From the UHGV virus genome UHGV-0355038: a DNA stretch of 12,487 nucleotides. One strand, given 5' to 3'. Of the stretch, positions 7,859 through 12,487 are shown in pieces. The stretch is from a virus. The number at the start of each line of letters is the position of its first letter. Position 1 is the stretch's first letter. Below the pieces are notes generated by a model. It was not told where the DNA came from. It made no database searches and worked only from the letters and a program-made list of their open reading frames with translations. The translations under genes and the position numbers were made by a program.

Positions 7859-9748
7859 ATGAAATCCGAGACGCTAACTGTCCAACAACTTTTTCAAGAC
7901 CGCCGACAATACTGTGTTCCATTCTATCAACGTGCCTATGTATGGACTCAGCGAAACCAATGGTCAGCTCTACTGGAGGATATCCTAGAGAAAGCACAAT
8001 CCCGGCTCTCGGGTACAAAACCAACTCCCCATTTCCTTGGTGCAGTGGTACTGGAACCTCAACCAAAAAAAGGATTATTCGGTGTAGATTCCATACATAT
8101 TATTGATGGTCAGCAACGATTGACCACTCTTCAATATGTTCTGGCATCCATCCGATTAGCATTACGTGCGACAGATCTTTCCAACTTAGAGCCTCTCATT
8201 TCGTCTTGCCTGAAAAACTCAAACGAAGACACAATGCGAAATAAAGAAGTAGAGCGCTTCAAACTGTGGCCAACTTTTCGGGATCAAACTCATTTTATTC
8301 AAAGTTTTAATGTTGAAAATATTGACGATATCCGGAATGTATTCTCTGATAGTTTCACGCAGCATGGTACGTTGCGTAAGCATTTTAATCACCCGCCATC
8401 ACTAGAAGCATTATGTTTTTTTACTGAAGCCTTTATAAAGTGGATTAAAATAGAAAATCACTCACCACGAGAAAATGCTGTAGCATTAATTGAGGCTGTC
8501 TTGACGGATCTGAAACTAGTAAGCATATTTCTCGAGGCTGAAGATGACGCTCAAATAATTTTTGAAACATTAAATGGCAGAGGTGCGGAACTTCATGCCA
8601 CAGATCTTATTCGCAATTATATTTTTATGTGCGCTGAACATGAAAATATTAATGCTGTTGAATTATATGAGAATGAGTGGAAGATCTTTGAAGATACGTA
8701 CTGGTCAGAAAGACAACGTCGTGGTCGTATTAATAAACCACGCATGGAGTGGCTAGTGCATGCAACATTGCAATCAGAAAGGCAACGTGAAATCGATCTG
8801 TCTCGTCTTTACAATGAGTATCGTGATTATGTAAGTAAGGACTTGCCTTCACAACGAGCAGATCTGCAAGTAAAGCGCCTCAAACAATATGCATCACAAT
8901 ATAAAGAATTGGTTGGTGGTTTTGGCACAACCCCCATCTCACACTTTGGACATCGCATCGCAGCCTATGATGTGACGACACTTTATCCGCTTGCTTTGTT
9001 CATTTCGATAGCTAACATCGCCGATGATGAGAAAGCAGCCATGTATAATGATCTTGTCTCCTACGTAGTACGAAGAGCCGTATGTGGCCTGACGCCAAAG
9101 AATTACAACAATGTATTTATGAATGTATTGCGGCACTTGTCTAAAACAGAAATTTCCAGTGTTGAGTTACGTAATATCCTCAATAGCTTAAATGGCGAAG
9201 CCTCACGTTGGCCTGGGGACTCAGAATTTCTCAACGCTTGCATCAATGCTCCACTTTATCCTGGCAGGCTCGACGCACCGAAAATGCGCTCAATGTTAAC
9301 GGAACTTGAAAGAGAACTTTGTCGCCAAGTGAAGACAGAGAAGCCTGATGTTCCAAATCTTTCTAACCTCGATATCGATCATCTTATGCCTCAAAGTTGG
9401 TATTCCTGTTGGCCTCTCGAAAATGGTCATATAGTGACAAATTCAGATGCTACGGTATTGAACCAAATTGTTCTGTCTGGAACCGATCTTACCCCAGAAC
9501 AGCTACTGGTAAGGAAACGGCAACAAGCGATAGCTACGTTGGGAAATCTAACTTTGCTTAACCTTAGCGTAAACCGTTCTGTTCAGAATGCTGTATTTCT
9601 GAAAAAACGTGATGCTCTCATCGTCCACACCAATCTACGACTGAACATTCCACTTATAGTTAAGGATAAATGGGATGAGGATGAAATCCTGGAGCGGGGT
9701 AAAAAGTTGGGGGAAATTGCATTGAAAGTATGGCCAAAACACGATTAA
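7859..9748 (+). CDS. GmrSD-family putative type IV (modification-dependent) restriction endonuclease: N-terminal DUF262 (ParB-like NTPase) plus C-terminal DUF1524 (His-Me finger nuclease)
   Basis: N-terminal YCVPFYQRAYVW and IIDGQQRLTTLQ (the DGQQR signature of DUF262). C-terminal LSNLDIDHLMPQSW (DUF1524-like D-H..P.S nuclease motif). The track ORF starts at ATG 7799; I prefer the in-frame ATG at 7859 (AGG 9 nt upstream; the conserved block then starts near residue 18), but 7799 is possible. Confidence 0.75.
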   Translation: MKSETLTVQQLFQDRRQYCVPFYQRAYVWTQRNQWSALLEDILEKAQSRLSGTKPTPHFLGAVVLEPQPKKGLFGVDSIHIIDGQQRLTTLQYVLASIRLALRATDLSNLEPLISSCLKNSNEDTMRNKEVERFKLWPTFRDQTHFIQSFNVENIDDIRNVFSDSFTQHGTLRKHFNHPPSLEALCFFTEAFIKWIKIENHSPRENAVALIEAVLTDLKLVSIFLEAEDDAQIIFETLNGRGAELHATDLIRNYIFMCAEHENINAVELYENEWKIFEDTYWSERQRRGRINKPRMEWLVHATLQSERQREIDLSRLYNEYRDYVSKDLPSQRADLQVKRLKQYASQYKELVGGFGTTPISHFGHRIAAYDVTTLYPLALFISIANIADDEKAAMYNDLVSYVVRRAVCGLTPKNYNNVFMNVLRHLSKTEISSVELRNILNSLNGEASRWPGDSEFLNACINAPLYPGRLDAPKMRSMLTELERELCRQVKTEKPDVPNLSNLDIDHLMPQSWYSCWPLENGHIVTNSDATVLNQIVLSGTDLTPEQLLVRKRQQAIATLGNLTLLNLSVNRSVQNAVFLKKRDALIVHTNLRLNIPLIVKDKWDEDEILERGKKLGEIALKVWPKHD

Positions 9749-9770
9749 TGCAATTAATAAAATGATTATA

Positions 9771-9794
9771 GCGGCCTTACATTAGTAAGGCCGC
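9771..9794. terminator. perfect 10-bp stem hairpin downstream of the GmrSD-like gene
   Basis: GCGGCCTTAC-ATTA-GTAAGGCCGC. The T-run is weak on the plus strand; on the minus strand it is followed by TATAATCATTTTATT. It may terminate either or both convergent transcripts. Confidence 0.4.
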
Positions 9795-9839
9795 TACTCA
9801 CTATTAAATCCTTTAATTTGCAACAAGAACAGCAGTGTC

Positions 9840-9971
9840 AGCCCTAGGTTTCGGACTTTGTACCGCTTATCTTGTCTTCAAAATCAGCTCGCATCCTGCA
9901 CAGTTCAGCGCATTACGTTGTAGATCTGTGTTCTGGTCATTTGTTGATACGCGAACATAGCCAATAAGCAT
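9840..9971 (-). pseudogene. pin: Gin/Pin/Cin/Hin-family serine DNA invertase, N-terminal stub only
   Basis: Minus-strand ATG at 9971..9969 translates MLIGYVRVSTNDQNTDLQRNALNCAGCELI, the near-invariant invertase N-terminus containing the catalytic-serine region (VRVST). A 1-nt loss in a T-run then shifts the frame (LKTR-stop); the +1 frame still reads FEDKISGTKSE before a TAG. Homology ends around 9830 where the GmrSD cassette begins. Not in the ORF track (too short). Confidence 0.7.
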
Positions 9972-10000
9972 GATAGCTCCTCCTGACAAAAACAGGAACG

Positions 10001-10474
10001 ATGCCATTTGCGCGCTATTTCTGCATTTTCATAAACGTTCAATTGGGAGAAGCGGCAAAACGGGATGTCGGAACCGGTAATAATCAACTCCCGGACATGT
10101 CCGCATTTGGTATGTCGCGAAACGGACAAACTGCCTGGGATATTCTCCCAAATGGTATGATTCGACAGGTTGGTACTGTGACACTGACGCCTGTTGGTAA
10201 TTTCAACGCAATTACTCTTGGTGGAGTGCTGTACTACACCCATTACTACAGGGTTAATTTCCCCAGACAATTCCCAAATGCACAAATAGCAACGCTGGCA
10301 ACACTAGCGAGTTACAGCTTTTCGACCCAGTCATCAATGGCTGGGAAATCACTGGCAACGCATCGCGATACTGATTCTGGCACTGACGTATCAAGAACGC
10401 GATTCACTGTGTCGTATACGACACCCAATCTCGGCGAAATTCCGACTTTGCATTTTGAAGCAATAGGATACTAA
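10001..10474 (+). CDS. alternative tail-fibre C-terminal (receptor-binding tip) cassette, S'-like, inverted relative to the expressed fibre gene
   Basis: 157-aa ORF; the frame is open from 9977. Its beginning ...INVQLGEAAKRDVGTGNN... parallels ...NALQLGTAATRDVGADNA... inside the minus-strand fibre gene, and both end in A(I/L)GY. The cassette has no obvious promoter or Shine-Dalgarno motif of its own. Confidence 0.55.
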   Translation: MPFARYFCIFINVQLGEAAKRDVGTGNNQLPDMSAFGMSRNGQTAWDILPNGMIRQVGTVTLTPVGNFNAITLGGVLYYTHYYRVNFPRQFPNAQIATLATLASYSFSTQSSMAGKSLATHRDTDSGTDVSRTRFTVSYTTPNLGEIPTLHFEAIGY

Positions 10475-10476
10475 AT

Positions 10477-10710
10477 ATGGAGAATATGTATTTCAGCCCA
10501 ACGACCGTTGGTTTTTATGTTTCTGAACAAGAGCGACCTGATGATGCGGTTGAAGTCTCGCCAGAGGTGGAGGCATTTTTGAGGGAGTGTGTTATCTGGG
10601 GAGCGGATACATTTAACGTAGAGCGAGATGCAGCAACGGTGACATATCCAACAGAACTGCTTGAATATGTCACCACCTACAACGCCCCCGTTAAATATCC
10701 TGCGGATTGA
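10477..10710 (+). CDS. small ORF downstream of the S' cassette, U'-like (alternative tail fibre assembly chaperone), possibly truncated
   Basis: ATG 2 nt after the S' stop (TAA-at-ATG), the same spacing as the fibre/Tfa junction on the other strand (TAA-ga-ATG). It is 77 aa, and its 3' end overlaps the 3' end of the minus-strand Tfa gene by 20 bp. The assignment is by position; I see no family motif. Confidence 0.4.
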   Translation: MENMYFSPTTVGFYVSEQERPDDAVEVSPEVEAFLRECVIWGADTFNVERDAATVTYPTELLEYVTTYNAPVKYPAD

Positions 10711-11101
10711 CAGGCCATACGGGTTTTGCTGTATCAACGCGCATCAGCAAGACCCGGTATTTTTTCCATTCAGATAACGCGGCGGTTTCTTCTGCCGTCG
10801 CGATTTCCGCATCAAAAGCATCCTGTCTCCAGGCTATTTCCTTATCAGCCATAGAACGCAATACCGTTCTTTTCTGTTCAGCCTGAATAATCTGTTGTTC
10901 AGCGGAGAGTGGCGGGATATCAATCCACGCAGGATTACCATTTTTATCAGCCCCCAGCGTTTTGCCTTGTGGCGCTACGCCTGTGTAAATTGCCATTGTT
11001 TCATCATCAACATCAACGCCATTTTCAGGCCATGAACCGGCGCTGATATATACCTCTTTTAGTGCTTTCGGATAGAAAGAGCCTTTATAAAATTTATTCA
11101 T
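10691..11101 (-). CDS. tfa: tail fibre assembly protein (lambda Tfa / Mu U family)
   Basis: C-terminal ...[27 protein letters not shown]... matches, from memory, the conserved lambda Tfa C-terminus (...[25 protein letters not shown]..WP). I place the start at the ATG at 11101, which is 2 nt after the fibre stop with GGGG upstream; the track ORF from 11131 would overlap the fibre gene. Confidence 0.75.
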   Translation of the reverse strand: [136 protein letters not shown]

Positions 11102-11103
11102 TC

Positions 11104-12487
11104 TTAATACCCCAGCGCGATAAAACAACAATCTTCGGTGCCCTCTCCGGATGGCGACCAGTTCTGAATACTGATATGCGTTCTGCTGGCAATACGCACA
11201 TTCATCGCGGCATTGTAGCCAGATGTTCCACGGTTTCCGGTCGCAAATAAGCCTGCATAGGGAAAAGCAAATGGTAAGGCATATCCAGCATCAGCTCCCT
11301 TTTGTGTTGCCACCATTCCCCACTGCAACATAAGTTTCACCGGGTTTCCTGTCGTCGCAATGCATGGAATGTAGATGTAGCCATTCCCTGACATCATTGA
11401 CCTGAAGCTGTCTAAACCCAGTAACTTCGAGGCATTATCTGCTCCAACATCTCGTGTTGCGGCGGTCCCTAACTGGAGCGCATTTCGGAAGGCTGATACA
11501 TCAGAAATATCAGCTCCATTAGCCGATTTCTGCATAGCTCCGGAGGCTTTATTTATCGTTTCGCCCAAACCAAGGTATGCGAGAAGACCAGCTACATCCT
11601 TTCCACTCAAATTAGTCAGCGTATTGTCCAGCGGTTGTTTGCCCGCCAGTGCGCTCTGTACTTCGCTTTTGCTGTAGGCATCCAGATCTTTAGGCGTAAG
11701 CGTAATATCCTTCGTGCCGTCAAACGGAACGCCGTTGATATTCCGTGCAGTCTGTAGTTTTGTGGCAGTTGCAGCATTACCAGTGGTGTTCTGATTACCC
11801 GTAGTGTTTACACCTGGAAGGTTAATATTTGCAGAACCGTCGAAAACAACTCCACCGATAGATCTTGCCGTCTGCAATTTCGTGGCTGTACTTGCATTAC
11901 CATTCAATGAACCAGTTAATCCACCTGTAACAGACAACGGACCTGAAACTGTTCCTCCGGTTGTTGGCAGTGCTCCAATATCTAACGGCGTCGGTTTCTG
12001 ATGTGTGCTATACATCGTATAAACAACACCATAGGTAACGCTGGAAGGCTTACTCGCTGAATATGTTGGCGAGGTATAAACAGAAACTGACGCATTTGCA
12101 GTACAATCCCAATGGATATTTACACTCGTCGCATAATTGCCAATCTCAACGTAAATATCATATGTATCGCCGGATGTGTTGATCCAGGCGAAATTCGTTA
12201 ATCCGACGGCTGTACGCTTCCACAAAGCCCCGGTAATTCCTTTGGGGTTTCCATTGCCTGCTCGTAGAACCAGTTCTGAAATGCCTGCCTGATGTGGGGA
12301 ACCGACGTTGTAACCAGCGCCACCAATCAATGCGATGTAAACGATGGAACTCGCCTGTGGCATGGTTACCGTTGCTAATTTGAACCAACCAGCACCACCG
12401 CTGAATGACATTGTTGTTGAGTTAAGCGTACCAATATCTTTCGGCGTCAGTGTTATATCCGCTGAAAGCGCCTTACCATTCACCTTA
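11104..12487 (-). CDS. stf: side tail fibre protein, C-terminal about 460 aa (5' end beyond the window)
   Basis: Repeated fibre motifs (DITLTPKD twice; ATKLQTARSIGGVVFDGSANI / ATKLQTARNINGVPFDGTKDI), Gly/Ser/Thr-rich composition, and an immediately downstream Tfa. The track methionine at 12483 is probably internal. Confidence 0.8.
   Translation of the reverse strand, partial: KVNGKALSADITLTPKDIGTLNSTTMSFSGGAGWFKLATVTMPQASSIVYIALIGGAGYNVGSPHQAGISELVLRAGNGNPKGITGALWKRTAVGLTNFAWINTSGDTYDIYVEIGNYATSVNIHWDCTANASVSVYTSPTYSASKPSSVTYGVVYTMYSTHQKPTPLDIGALPTTGGTVSGPLSVTGGLTGSLNGNASTATKLQTARSIGGVVFDGSANINLPGVNTTGNQNTTGNAATATKLQTARNINGVPFDGTKDITLTPKDLDAYSKSEVQSALAGKQPLDNTLTNLSGKDVAGLLAYLGLGETINKASGAMQKSANGADISDVSAFRNALQLGTAATRDVGADNASKLLGLDSFRSMMSGNGYIYIPCIATTGNPVKLMLQWGMVATQKGADAGYALPFAFPYAGLFATGNRGTSGYNAAMNVRIASRTHISIQNWSPSGEGTEDCCFIALGY

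Larger units (their letters stand above)
4234..12487. mobile_element. att-proximal arm of an integrated tailed prophage (tail fibre / invertible segment / cargo region), continuing beyond the window end
   Basis: Tail fibre, Tfa and invertase-remnant genes lie at the right. Cargo genes and a partial-tRNA att repeat lie at the left, with the repeat oriented so that the element is on its high-coordinate side. This parallels the lambda stf-tfa-b-region-attR layout. No integrase is in the window. Confidence 0.5.

Noticed and set aside
7818-9136. Embedded or antisense ORFs within the GmrSD-like gene (7818..8066, 8574..8756, 8939..9136)
   Set aside because: Shadow ORFs of the long sense-strand gene that carries the conserved domain motifs.
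9905-10285. 126-aa minus-strand ORF
   Set aside because: Antisense to the S' fibre cassette and out of frame with the invertase stub that begins at 9971; the translation has no recognisable features.
11062-12388. Short ORFs overlapping the tail fibre and Tfa genes (11062..11250, 11804..12001, 12158..12388)
   Set aside because: Antisense or out-of-frame relative to well-supported structural genes.
1-12487. CRISPR arrays, rRNA genes, IS elements or transposases, and an integrase gene
   Set aside because: No regularly spaced direct repeats, no rRNA-like sequence, no transposase-like ORF or terminal inverted repeats, and no tyrosine-recombinase ORF anywhere in the window.

Overview
This window reads as the attachment-site-proximal end of an enterobacterial (E. 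coli-like) tailed prophage, plus an adjoining accessory region. From right to left: a partial side tail fibre gene with repeat motifs (11104..12487, -), its Tfa chaperone (10691..11101, -), and an oppositely oriented alternative fibre-tip cassette with a small chaperone-like ORF (10001..10710, +). This is the layout of a Gin/Pin/Cin-type invertible host-range segment. The invertase is reduced to an N-terminal stub (about 9840..9971, -), which I found by translating the minus strand; it is not in the ORF track. Next comes a DUF262/DUF1524 (GmrSD-like) putative type IV restriction gene (7859..9748, +), then a frameshifted 3' remnant of a umuC-like polymerase gene (6966..7461, -). Below that is a visibly AT-rich, translationally coupled three-gene operon (5027..6928, +): a ParA/MinD-type ATPase and two proteins I cannot assign to any family. 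This operon is my best candidate for an undescribed system. A 46-nt copy of the 3' end of a tRNA (most likely tRNA-Thr CGU, thrW-like, from memory) at 4234..4279 (-) marks an integration-site repeat. Left of it are two convergent unassigned genes (1609..3240 +, 3327..3923 -), an AlpA-family regulator (690..917, -), and tandemly duplicated small genes each preceded by a palindromic operator-like site. No rRNA, intact tRNA, CRISPR array, transposase or integrase is visible. All family assignments rest on motif recognition by eye; no searches were run, and the mosaic/AT-rich statements are qualitative.
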